NCBI GenBank assembly: GCA_034226945.1 | Contig: CP120453.1 | Location: 434,001 to 498,000 of the forward strand | From: Picochlorum sp. SENEW3 | Lineage: Eukaryota | DNA length: 64,000 bases | Direction of reading: 5' to 3' | In this document: positions 34,877-45,808 of the stretch, in pieces | How positions within the stretch are numbered: position 1 is the stretch's first letter | How the letters are laid out: every line of letters starts with the position of its first letter | Program-made: the position numbers and the translations under genes | Notes under the pieces: generated by a model | The model's input: the letters and a program-made list of their open reading frames with translations, nothing else | Told to the model about the DNA's origin: nothing | Databases searched by the model: none

Positions 34877-37093
34877 TTAACGGAGCTGGTTCTCAAGCCG
34901 CTCTATGCTGTCAGAATACTTTTCGAAGATGTTGGGACGGCGAGGCTTCATGGTTCTTGTCAATGTCCCATCCTCGAATGAGAATTCGGTATCTAACACT
35001 TCGATTGCTTGTACTCGCTCCCAAGGCTGGCGTCCAGGTGCTTGGGAGTTACGGACGGCTTCCAAGACAGACTGATAGATGTCCTCTTTTGAGAGATTCT
35101 CATTCTGCAGTTCAGCAGAAATATGGTCCACATCAGGCACGATGAGGGCCCCCAGTGATCTCTTGCCATTCCCGATCAAAATAGCAAATTTAATGAGTGG
35201 AGAACGGCAGATTTCATCCTCGATTGGAGATGGCTCCACATTCTCTCCATTTGTCAAGACAATGGTGTCCTTTGCTCTACAGACACGTGACACAAGTTAT
35301 GCATGTTTTCAGGATACCAACATGAAGCACACATACACTCACCTCCCTTGTACAACGATGCATCCGGACATTTTTGAAGACGGAGATGATGGGATTTTCC
35401 ATCCAATATCTCCTGTGATGAAATAGTCCCCATAAAAGGCATCTGAGGTTGCTCTATCATTGTTGTCATAGCCATTGAAAATTCCTGGGCCTTTTGCCAA
35501 TATAATGCCTTTTTCACCATCAGGCACGTCTTCAAATGTATCAATATCTACAATACGAAGATCTGTTCCTCGAATAGCCCTTCCAGCTGTCCCTCTAATA
35601 TTTCCATCATCCTGAGTTTCACTTCTGCATGTTAGTACGGGTGATGTTTCACTCAATCCGTAACCGTTGATGATGCCCAGTCCAACAGCTTCATAAAAAT
35701 CATCCAGATACGGGGATAAGGAGCCACCTCCTGAAATGACGGTTTTTCGAATCCCAAGGGCAGCGCGAATCTTTTTCGCGACCAACACTCGGAACAGGAT
35801 GAAAGGAAACGAGAGCAAAGCAGCCCCAATGGCAGCCTGTATGACCTCAAAGAATGATGGTCGTCGCACAGCATATCTTACGTCTGTACCATTCAATAGC
35901 CTTCTATTCTTGGTAAATTCTATTGCAGCGTGAAGAAGAGTTGTGGCAATGAGACGTCGAATTACTGAAACATTCTTTGTCATTGTTGCTAGGATCCTAG
36001 AGTACAGTGTATCCAGGATCAGAGGCACGCACACAAAATGATCGAGCGTGTACTTTTGCAAGTCTTTCTTCATATTTCTTATGTTTGTAAAGACGAGGCA
36101 ACCTCCAGAGCTGCTAATGTAGTACATGCTTGTGCGTTGGTACATGTGCCAAGCAGGTAGTATGGATAAAACCTTCTCCCCTGGGGCAATATCCACAAAC
36201 TCTGGAAAGTGATCAATTTGATACTGAATATTGCCATGAGTCAATTTCACCCCTTTTGGAGCTCCTGTAGTCCCAGACGTATAAACAATGGTTGCCAGGT
36301 CGGTCTCGCTGGTTGTCGGAATATGATCGTAGTCCATTTCAAAGCATGAGACAATGTTGTCAAATGTCTTCACCTTTGCTCCAACAGACTCAGGCAATCC
36401 ATCCACTGTAGCATCACCCCAAAGCACAACAATAAACTTCAATCTGGAGACCTCCTCCGCACTCAATTCCATTTTCTGAAGCGTCTCAACATCCTGGACA
36501 ATAAGAGCACTGGACTGGGAGCTCTCCATTATGTAATGCAGTTCCTCTTTGGAGGACGAAATGCCCCTAACAGCACTCACCCCACCACATCGCATGATAC
36601 CTTGATCTACAATCAACCATCTGTGCGAGTTCTCTGCAAATAGACTCACCCGCTCTCCCTTTGAGAGCCCAAGTTTTCGAAGGCCAGCACTGCACCGAGC
36701 AATGAGATCCTCCACCTCTTGAAATGAGAATTCTCTCTTCGCAGATGGAGCGTGTGGGTCCATCAAAGCAATCTCATCTCCATACGTCTTTGAAAGCCTC
36801 CCCCACATACCGTCAACAGACCCGAAGGCCCCAGTATCCGTGGTTACGCAACGATGGTCATCCACCGAGGCGCTTCCGCCCACAACAGCAGTACCAGGCT
36901 TGCGATGCTGGAATCTCGTATCACTTCCATACCCCTGAAAAGATGAATGATGTGGTATCTTATAGTTTGGGTTTCCGCGACTGTTCCTCGTTCTCGCGCC
37001 TCGTGGCGTCGTCTTCGAGTGACAAGGCAACGTCCAAGGACAACCTTGAGAGACAGTCACCATAGCCCCCCCAGGATTGTACAATGAGTACAT
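34877..37093 (-). CDS. Plastid long-chain acyl-CoA/acyl-ACP synthetase (AAE15/16-like); intron 35277-35342
   Basis: YTSGTTGAPKG, NGYGLSET, TGDIG, GR|AKDTIVLTNGENVEP across the splice junction. Confidence 0.9.
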
Positions 37094-37413
37094 TTCAGCT
37101 TATATACTACATGAAATGGAATTTAAAAATTATTTAATGCCAAAGAGGGCCATACGCGCCTCCATCATGTATGATGATGTACATGGTTGCAAGACGGAAA
37201 CATGGTCATTCTGCAATGAGGCAATTGCCTCCACAGGATTTCACTATTCCTTGTGATGCATCGCCAAACACGTAGTCTTCACAATAGAATTACATATGTA
37301 TATACAATAGGGTGACTTTCTCCAAGCATATCCGTGAGTATATGCTTGTATCCCAGCAAATTTCATGTGACAGCACAATCACCACATTAATCCACACGAT
37401 AGGTGTTGATGGG

Positions 37414-38324
37414 TTAATACCTATCGTCATATCTGGAACCTCCTCTGCGGTCATCATACCGAGGTCTATCATCATATCGATCCCTTCTTCTACCTCGGTC
37501 GTTGTATGAACGCCCTCTTCCAGATCTATGATCTCGATACCCCCCTCCTCTTCGGTGACCACCTCTTTGACCCTGTCCCGGCCTAGGTGGCATCATCCTT
37601 TTGACAATTCCCATGAAAAATCCTTGCTTTGAACGAATGGTGTCATCGAATGAAGACTCGTATCGTTCCAAAGCAATATACCTGTCGTCCTCGCTCAACC
37701 GTCTCATACAGTGAACCACTCTGTGGTCAATGTCAGTTCTCTCGAATTTACCCTCGCCAATCAGTTCCTCTAGCTTTTGCTGAATCTTTTCACCCAAAAC
37801 TGAAAAATCAGGATCGCCCTCTTCCACTCCATATTCTTTAACGCGACGAATGATTCCTCTGCAGAATGCAGAAACGTTTCTCACCTTGTCAAACTCAGTA
37901 CCCTTGATGCGTTCAATGGCATGCGCCGCCTCTTTATCACCGAGGCTCTTGAGATCCTCAATGACATCATCTTCCAAATCCCCCTTTTTCAGGATACCAT
38001 TGTCGTATAGTTCGTCAAAAGAAGACTCCCACACTCGTTTCTCCTCCTCCTCTCCTCTCGCAACAGGAGATCGTGATCGTTCTGTATCACACCATAAACC
38101 CATTAAGTGTGTGTAAAATATTCATATATAAATACAGACAAACCCGTACCCCTTGGATCACCCGTTCCTTCGATATCGAGTGGGGCCTCCTCCTCAGCCT
38201 TACTGCATGCAGTTGAACCGATGTAAGCTCATAATACCGCACGATATAAGATACTAGGCATCTTGAAATGGAATAAAATTGAGATCAAGTCGTACTTTGG
38301 GTCGCGGGTATCGTCCTCTGCCAT
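37414..38324 (-). CDS. Protein with two hnRNP-Q acidic-domain-like repeats and an RG/RD-rich tail; exons 38324-38296, 38202-38150, 38081-37414
   Basis: Repeats VRNVSAFCRGIIRR and IRSKQGFFMGIVKR; RGG/RD tail; spliced 750 nt in frame. Confidence 0.65.
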
Positions 38325-38683
38325 GGCTACTGTCACTGTCGAAAACTGTGCCTGCTGAACCGCCGAGTCCTTGATCCCTGATCGATTGAGAACAAACTCG
38401 CGTAGTTTTACTATTAAATTGTACTGCTTTATCAAGTGTGCCCTCGAGCGCTGGGATCTGGCATCTGTATGCCGTACTGTTTGACCATGTCATTGATGAC
38501 CTGTTGGGTGGGTCGACCCATCCGCAAGTCAATCATTGAATGTGATGATACCGAGGGTTCCGATGGTGGTCTCGATGGTCTCGACAAGGATATCAGTGAC
38601 TGAATAGGCTCATGTGAGAGACAGGTTGAGGTTGAAAGGGCGTGTGTATGTGTCGTTGACTTTTTGTAAAACAGAGGTGTGTG

Positions 38684-40588
38684 ATGAGTGATTGGAGAGG
38701 ATCACTGGGGGGCGTTCTGCCCAAAGTGCACACGCTCGATGCTCTGATTGAGGTACGACTGTCATGTTTTTTTGTATGAAAGCATGGTATCTGACAGTTG
38801 ACAGACTGTATTGTGAACAGGTTTTGCCAGAATTGGAAAAATATGTCAAAAATGGAGGGGTGGGACAGCGACAGGAGTCTTCGAGTCAGGGGGCTGAGGG
38901 CGGGTTGGAACGAACAGAGAGTGAAGAGAAAGAGTATGAATATACTCTTTCGGTTGAGTTGATGAGGAAAGAGAAGCAGGAGAATCGAGTCCTGCTGGAT
39001 TCTCTCAAGAAGGCCAAGGAGTCTGACACAGGTTCCTTGTACGAGAATGAGATTTCGTTATTGAGGCATTCCATACATGAGAAACAAGAACTCATCAATC
39101 GAATGCATGAAAAATGCATCAGTTTGGCTGCAAAGTATGTGCTCTAGAGTATTGATGACAATCTTTCTGCATGTCATGCTTCTTCTTGTTACATCTCTGC
39201 AGGAATGATGAGCTGGAGCTCAAGGTGAAAGATCAACAGGATCATACCAAAGAGGCACGAGAAAGGCTGTTTTCGGAAGCAAAGTCTATCGAGGAAGACA
39301 TCATGAATATTCAAGAGGACAAGATGTGTGCTCTGCAACGTCTCCACCAGTATCAATTACTATACACAAGGACAAAAGAGGACAGAGATGACGCCGAGCT
39401 GAAAATGCAAAAGACAAAAGATTTGGTAGAAAAAGGTCGAGAAGACTTGTTTACGATGAAGGAGTTTCAGAATAAAGCTCAGCATGCCGAGGAGCAAGCC
39501 CAAAAAGAGTTGAATTTGGCTGTGGCCAAGTTGGAGGCCTCCAGGAAGTTTTGGAGATCGTCTTTAGAGAAGAAGAAGCGACAGGTGTGTATGCATTTGT
39601 ATTGTGTACATTGAATAGAGTACTGCCTTGATAGCACAAATAATATCAAAAATGCATCACATTGTAGGTCGCATCCTTAATATCCCGCTATGAGAGGTCA
39701 AAGGCTGAAAGACTGAGGCGAGCAGAGGATGAGGACAAGCGTGCCGCGGCGGAGCGAGCAGTGCAAGAAAGTGAACGAAGGATCATCTCTTCTCAGAAAA
39801 AGGCTTTGAAAGAAACTGCACAGAAGAGAAAGATACGTCGAGAACAATGGAGGCTTGTCTGTGCTGCAGCAGGCCTGAATGGAGAGGCCTCTGTGGCTGA
39901 CGTCATAAAAGCTTACCACGCATTGCAGGAGCTACACGCCAGTTTGAAGCAAAAGTCAGAGCAAAATGTAGTTCCAGAGAGCAAAGATGACGGTGAAGTG
40001 TCATCTATAGCGGAAACGAAAAGTCCTCAGGCAGATACTGATGGGTACGAGAACTCTCCAATGGTATCACAGAGTTGCAGTGACACAGAAGAAAATATAG
40101 GAGAGGTTCAGATCCCCAAAGAGTCTTCCCAGGTGCCAAATCAAAATACATCAAATGTGCTGCACCATGACCAGGTTTCCAATACATGCCAAAGAGGAAC
40201 ATCCTCAGTCAATATGTGGCAGAGACACAAGGCCACTCAGTCCTCTATTGCGGGTGACCGCGGCAACGTGCTTTGCGTCATTGATCAGAATCAATTTTCG
40301 GAACAATTTGAAAGGCTTGCGCAGCTCATCAAAGTTACAGATACAAAAGAAGCATCTACAAGTCAAATACCCACTGCAGAATCATCACCCAAGAGCAAGT
40401 GGCACAATAGTCATGCTGCAGAACTACTAGAAGGGAAAGATATCATGGAGCAGAATGCAGGCATTCGCAAGGAGGTTAATACTGATTACGAAGAGAGCAA
40501 GCCAGTCCTGCAGAGGGAAGATATCAAATCCCGCTCGGCAAAACTGAAGGCAAAGTTGGACAAGCAACGTTGGATGAGACAACTTTGA
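38684..40588 (+). CDS. Coiled-coil hypothetical protein; exons 38684-38752, 38821-39134, 39203-39584, 39668-40588
   Basis: E/K/Q-rich ORF segments joined in frame by three GT..AG introns. Confidence 0.6.
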
Positions 40589-40848
40589 ACATAATTTCCA
40601 CATTTACATGCAATTGTAAACAACTCATGGAGGAAAAATTCATTGGATAATACATGTAATAATAATAATTTAGTTGCCGGGCTTCCTATTTTGAATGGCC
40701 AAAATATGCACAAAATATTTTTGTTTTTTTAATTTTGTTTTCCAAATGGCAACGCTTGCTGCGGCAAGATAAGTATGCTTACTAGCCGCAGCATGGATAG
40801 TAACGAGAAGATGCAAACATGAAAAGAGCGCATGTCCTGTTATGCGCC

Positions 40849-42105
40849 TTAATGAGATGTTTCCATAGCCTTGGCACCTTTGTCATGCCACTCATCAGCT
40901 TCGCTTGCAGAAGAGTTATCTGATCCACCTACACTTGGTAACAAGCAGACGTTTGACTTTTCTGTAATGACAACCTCTTCAAGTACCTCGTGATTCCTTT
41001 CAAGGAGTCCGGCAAGATCCTTGTAGGATGCCTGGCACAATGCCTTTCCAATTTCCTTGCCAGACTCATCGATGAAAGCGACAGCTTCTCCGGATTCAAA
41101 GTTTCCTTCGATCCCGTCAATGTGTGCAGCACTCACCGTGCCATCCTCCCTGAGTTCTTCCAAAGCTTCTGCAGAGACTTGCACAGTACCTCGGACGGGA
41201 TTCGAGAGGACCCATCTCTGCCCACCAACAACGGGCTCATTGGCTGGGAGGAACAAAGTACCAATCTCCTTTCTCTCCAAGACAACTTGCGGTACAACAT
41301 CTGGGTCAGCCTGGCATATTACCATTTTGGTGCCACCCGCAGTGGCCATGTTGGCTGCGGACAGCTTGGTACCCATGCCACCTGTACCCCACTCTGATCC
41401 GGCATCTGTGTCTCCTGGTGTCTCAGTTTTCACTTGCAATGATTGCACATCCTCGACAACCCTGATTGGTTCTGCTTTGGGATCCACGGATGGGTTTGCT
41501 GTATACAGAGCATCGACATCCGTGAGCAAGAACAACCAGTCTGCGTGCACCAGGGTGGCAACCTGGGCAGAAAGGGTGTCATTGTCCCCAATCTTGAGCT
41601 GCTCAATAGCAACTGTATCGTTCTCATTCACAACAGGCACAACTCCATACTCGAGCAGTTCCTGAAATGTATTGACAGCATTCGTATACTGTTGCTTATC
41701 AGACAAATTGTCCAATGTAAGCAACACCTGGGAGCATGTCAGACCGACAGCAGAAAACAAGTCCTCATAGAATCTCATGAGGTGAACTTGCCCAACTGCG
41801 GCCAGAGCCTGTCTCTTCGACAAGTCCTTGGGCTTTTTCTCAAGTCCAAGTCTCTGGCATCCGACACCGACAGCTCCGCTTGAAATCAAGATAACATGGC
41901 ATCCGTTGTCCTTTAGCGTTCTCACAGACTCTGCCAACCCCGCCAATGCACTGAGATTCAGAGAAGAGTACTCGCTGTTGATCAAGGAAGTCGTACCAAT
42001 CTTGATCACGACTACCTGCATGTTGTCATGCCTATCGCCAACGCGTTCGGGTTTTGGGGTGGAGGAATCAGCGCGCAGCTGCTTCAGTTCGTCAATATTC
42101 ATCAT
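40849..42105 (-). CDS. proB: Glutamate 5-kinase with C-terminal PUA domain
   Basis: VVIKIGT, SSGAVGVG, QALAAVGQ, NENDTVA, GDNDTLSA, GTGGMGTK. Confidence 0.93.
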   Translation of the reverse strand: MMNIDELKQLRADSSTPKPERVGDRHDNMQVVVIKIGTTSLINSEYSSLNLSALAGLAESVRTLKDNGCHVILISSGAVGVGCQRLGLEKKPKDLSKRQALAAVGQVHLMRFYEDLFSAVGLTCSQVLLTLDNLSDKQQYTNAVNTFQELLEYGVVPVVNENDTVAIEQLKIGDNDTLSAQVATLVHADWLFLLTDVDALYTANPSVDPKAEPIRVVEDVQSLQVKTETPGDTDAGSEWGTGGMGTKLSAANMATAGGTKMVICQADPDVVPQVVLERKEIGTLFLPANEPVVGGQRWVLSNPVRGTVQVSAEALEELREDGTVSAAHIDGIEGNFESGEAVAFIDESGKEIGKALCQASYKDLAGLLERNHEVLEEVVITEKSNVCLLPSVGGSDNSSASEADEWHDKGAKAMETSH

Positions 42106-42738
42106 CTCTTCGCAACCAAAATTGTTTGAAAAATGACACTCAAATGAACTCTTTATTCAGAGACAGACAAAAGCCTCTTAATTATTATAGAATCTGAAAT
42201 TATGGGTGCTTTAGTTAATGAACTCCTTGATTCATTCAACAAAGCAATATGTAGTTGATTATTCTGACCGTTTCACTCGAGCAATAGCCCTCTTGTGTTC
42301 ACCAGTGCAACAGTAGGTCCATAAATTTTCAACCCTAGCCGATACCTAAGTATTCTAATTTAGTGTAATAATAGTATTCTGCAATGTATATGACAGTATA
42401 GTGAGAAATTATGCCATGCATGCATGCGTGGTACAAAAACTGCCTCCAGAACAGAAAGGACAATGCCTTCCCATCATGGCAGGCCTTCGACCGTCAGATT
42501 GAGCCAACTCACGTGGCGACGTACCTCGATATTACCATCGAATACTGACACGATATTTGCTACGAATACCACTTCAGTAATAATAACGAATGAAATTCAA
42601 ACGAGATTCGGAGCCGTTGGTACAAAAGGCTTTCAGCACACCAACAGACGTCGCTCGTTGTTTCGTCAAATCAAGCCACACACAGACAATACTACGCTGT
42701 CTGTCGTGAATATAAATATATTAAATCTAGGAATGAGT

Positions 42739-43348
42739 TCAATAGAATTTTTTAATTATCACAATGGTGAAACAGTAATGGTTTCGAGATTTATCCTCTG
42801 ATAACGTGGCGCGTTCAAACAGGACCACCGTGTCCGTTTTGGAGGCCGTCGGTCAGACAATTGTCGGACCGTTGGTCTGACGACTTCCTTTTTCGTTGGA
42901 GGTGGAGTCCGTAATCCTTGTCCCCCCACCGCAGAGTCTACGATGTCGAAAAAACCGTGAATTTTAGGTATATCTACATATCTAACATGCTTCGGAGCGC
43001 TGAAAACGTTTCCGGGAGGGTGGATCCGATGATTGTAACCGTACACGTGCGTGTCAAGGGTACCCTGGATGCTTCATCTTCTTCTGGCTGCCGTGCTCCA
43101 TCTGCTGCATCAAATGAGCTACGTTTCAAATGGTTCAAGGCTTCATACATCTGTTCATGCGTTAGAGATGTTGTCACCGCAGCTATATGGCCAATTCCTG
43201 CCGCTGCTGCTGCATGAATGCCATGGATGGAATCCTCAATCACGATAGCATCCTGTCCACAGCCTTGGCAGTCTAGAATGCTCAGTGCCTCGACATAGAC
43301 ATCAGGGTGAGGTTTTCCACGTGCTACTTGCTGAGCGCTGACAATACT
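42739..43348. repeat. Direct duplicate of 45574-46195 (3' end and downstream region of the DSP-HAD gene)
   Basis: Near-identical over ~610 nt; this copy is 12 nt shorter at ~43060 (offset changes from 2835 to 2847). Confidence 0.97.
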
Positions 43349-44285
43349 GCTGCGGATGCTGCATTGTACTACACATACGCTGCTTATTGCATCATCCCCA
43401 GGAGTCATTTTAACAGTGGCAACATTGTTAGAGGTCTCTACGAGATCATCCATGGCGTGAATATTCTAGATGATACCATGTGAAAGGCTGAGGAGCATCG
43501 TTGTCAACGCTTCGATGTCTTGCTCTGCAAGCACAGTGTGGCTCTGCAGTGCTGCAGCAGTCAACTCAAACGCAATCTCAGGCTCCCTGGAACAGAATTC
43601 CTTGAGATACTCTTGATTCCATTCTTCCAACTTTGCTTTAATACTCGTTGCGTGGGAATCGGTCAGCTGCAGCGTCAGTGTTGCCTCTCGTGGCAAGGTA
43701 TTTCTCTTGTCCCCACCGGTGAGACTGCACACCCTCACATGTGGGAGCATGGCGTGAATACGATCCAGAAGATCCGCAGCAATCTTCACCGCGTTAGCTC
43801 TGCCATCTGAAATATTCAGGCCCGAATGTCCTCCGGCCAATCCAGATATTTTCAGTGCATATGTCTTTGAGTCCTTGGGGATATGCTCCTGCTTCATGTC
43901 AAGGGTCAGCAAGGAGTCTCCCCCTCCTGCACAGCCGATGAAAATATCTGGCCAATCTTCTGTATCAAGATTAAGCAATGTCTTGCCGGTCAACATTGAT
44001 TCATCCTGCTCAAAAGCCGCCACCAACCCAGTCTCCTCGGCTACTGTGAAAGGAGCTTCGATTGGCGGCAACAGAACATCTTTGCTATCTTTGGGTGTGT
44101 CAAGAACAGCCAATGCCGTCACATCTTCCAAGCCATTATCAGCGCCGAGCGTAGTGCCATCTGCTGTGATCCAGTCCCCATCCCGAATTAGCTTGATGGG
44201 ATCTGACATGAAATCGGGGACACTCCCTTCGTCCTTCTCAGTCACCATGTCGACATGTCCCTAAATAATGACGGTGGGCGCCTTC
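43349..44285 (-). pseudogene. pepD: Aminoacyl-histidine dipeptidase (PepD, M20C) pseudogene fragment
   Basis: PTVII*GHVDMV, TTLGADNG, EETG, LNLDTED, GGHSG, VETSNN; in-frame TAG at ~44261-44263 and at 43466-43468; C-terminus replaced by the duplicated HAD segment. Confidence 0.85.
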
Positions 44286-44760
44286 ACGCCCAACGTGCGT
44301 TGTGAGAATCAGTTGACAGAGTCTCACAAAATTCAGGACAATAACCCAGTGAACACAATTCACATTGTTGTACTCCTTTCGCAACCCTATGCCAAGGACT
44401 CTGTCGCCCAAATATGGCACATTCTTCTTCTTTTTGTTTTTCCATCCGATGCACCATCATTTTTCTGTCCTCCGCGCGCATGACGTAATCGTGAAAAAAT
44501 GTCACAATTTGTCAAATTACGCCTCTGACTAGTGCCGTGATAAGGGCCGTTTCGATATGGCTATGAGTCCAGCCAGTTGCCGCTGCAACTCTGCCAGCAT
44601 CGGTAGTCGACGATAACGCGTAACGTAATGCAGGGGCAAGAAGGCATATGCCTTCTCATGTACCGTTCCCCATTTTTACGCATCGCGATATGAATTATTT
44701 TGATCCATAGTTTAATGGTGACTGACTGACTGAACGTTGCAAATTCTCAAACTAAATAGT

Positions 44761-45444
44761 ATGATGCAGACGAACCTTCTGATATGCCTTACAGCGGTCC
44801 TCATGTTGCCAAGTTGCCATTTGGTCACTTTGGCTCATGGAAACGACTCTCGTGAGGGGGATTACTTTACGGCTTGTGTAAGGTACCTGGAAGGTGCCAT
44901 AGAATCCATTCAGTCTGGAGGGTTGTCCCAACTGGTTTCTGATGGATACAAGACGTATCTGGAGTACCCATCCGGCCCATACATGTTTTGCTTCAATCAA
45001 GATGGATTATCTGAGGATGCAGTTCGTCAAAGTGTTATGGTGCTGCACCCTTTCACGCCAAGAAAAACAATGGAGGAGCTGCTGGATTTCAGTCAGGAGG
45101 GGAGCCTAACTTTGCTCAAGGACAAGGAAGAATTTATTTCTAGTGCAGTGAATGATGGAAGGTTGGGTAAACTATTCAATTATACGGAGCCATATTCCCT
45201 GAATAAATCGATGTCTGATGGAGGTATTAACGTTGACGGCGATGAGAAAAAGGTGGTTGGAGTTGTTGTCAGCTTGGAAGATGGCACTCTGGTGCAGTGT
45301 GGGTGTCGGTACACTGGAGTTCCAGATGGTGAAAGAGATAACACAAATGCAATACAGGGTGGAGGAGAGGCTCCGTCGTCTACGAGTACACGTGCTTTTT
45401 CTTTTTTCTCTCTTGTACTCCTCTTCATTTTACACCAAAGGTGA
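44761..45444 (+). CDS. Secreted, possibly GPI-anchored protein with a single Cache (sCache_2)-like domain
   Basis: Signal peptide, AIESIQSGG..YMFCFNQDG..VLHP..FNY..K..VQCGCRY pattern, Ser/Gly linker and hydrophobic C-terminus. Confidence 0.6.
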   Translation: MMQTNLLICLTAVLMLPSCHLVTLAHGNDSREGDYFTACVRYLEGAIESIQSGGLSQLVSDGYKTYLEYPSGPYMFCFNQDGLSEDAVRQSVMVLHPFTPRKTMEELLDFSQEGSLTLLKDKEEFISSAVNDGRLGKLFNYTEPYSLNKSMSDGGINVDGDEKKVVGVVVSLEDGTLVQCGCRYTGVPDGERDNTNAIQGGGEAPSSTSTRAFSFFSLVLLFILHQR

Positions 45445-45453
45445 TGGATCAGT

Positions 45454-45568
45454 GTGTCATTGTCCCCAATCTTGAGCTACTCAATGGCAACTGTATCGTT
45501 CCCCTTCACAACAGGCACAACTCCATACTCGAGCAGTTCCTGAAATGTCTTGACAGCATTCGCATACT
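45454..45568 (-). pseudogene. 115-nt duplicated internal fragment of proB (copy of 41576-41690)
   Basis: Colinear, ungapped, about 6 mismatches counted by eye. Confidence 0.95.
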
Positions 45569-45808
45569 ATAGATCAATAGAATTTTTTAATTATCACAAT
45601 GGTGAAACAGTAATGGTTTCGAGATTTATCCTCTGATAACGTGGCGCGTTCAAACAGGACCACCGTGTCCGTTTTGGAGGCCGTCGGTCAGACAATTGTC
45701 GGACCGTTGGTCTGACGACTTCCTTTTTCGTTGGAGGTGGAGTCCGTAATCCTTGTCCCCCCACCGCAGAGTCTACGATGTCGAAAAAACCGTGAATTTT
45801 AGGTATAT

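Noticed and set aside
38684..40588. Flagellar outer-dynein-arm docking protein relic
   Set aside because: Only generic coiled-coil resemblance; cannot be supported without a profile search.
42424..43046. ORFs 42424-42801 and 42759-43046 (twin at 45594-45881)
   Set aside because: No recognisable domain; the twin identity simply reflects the DNA duplication.
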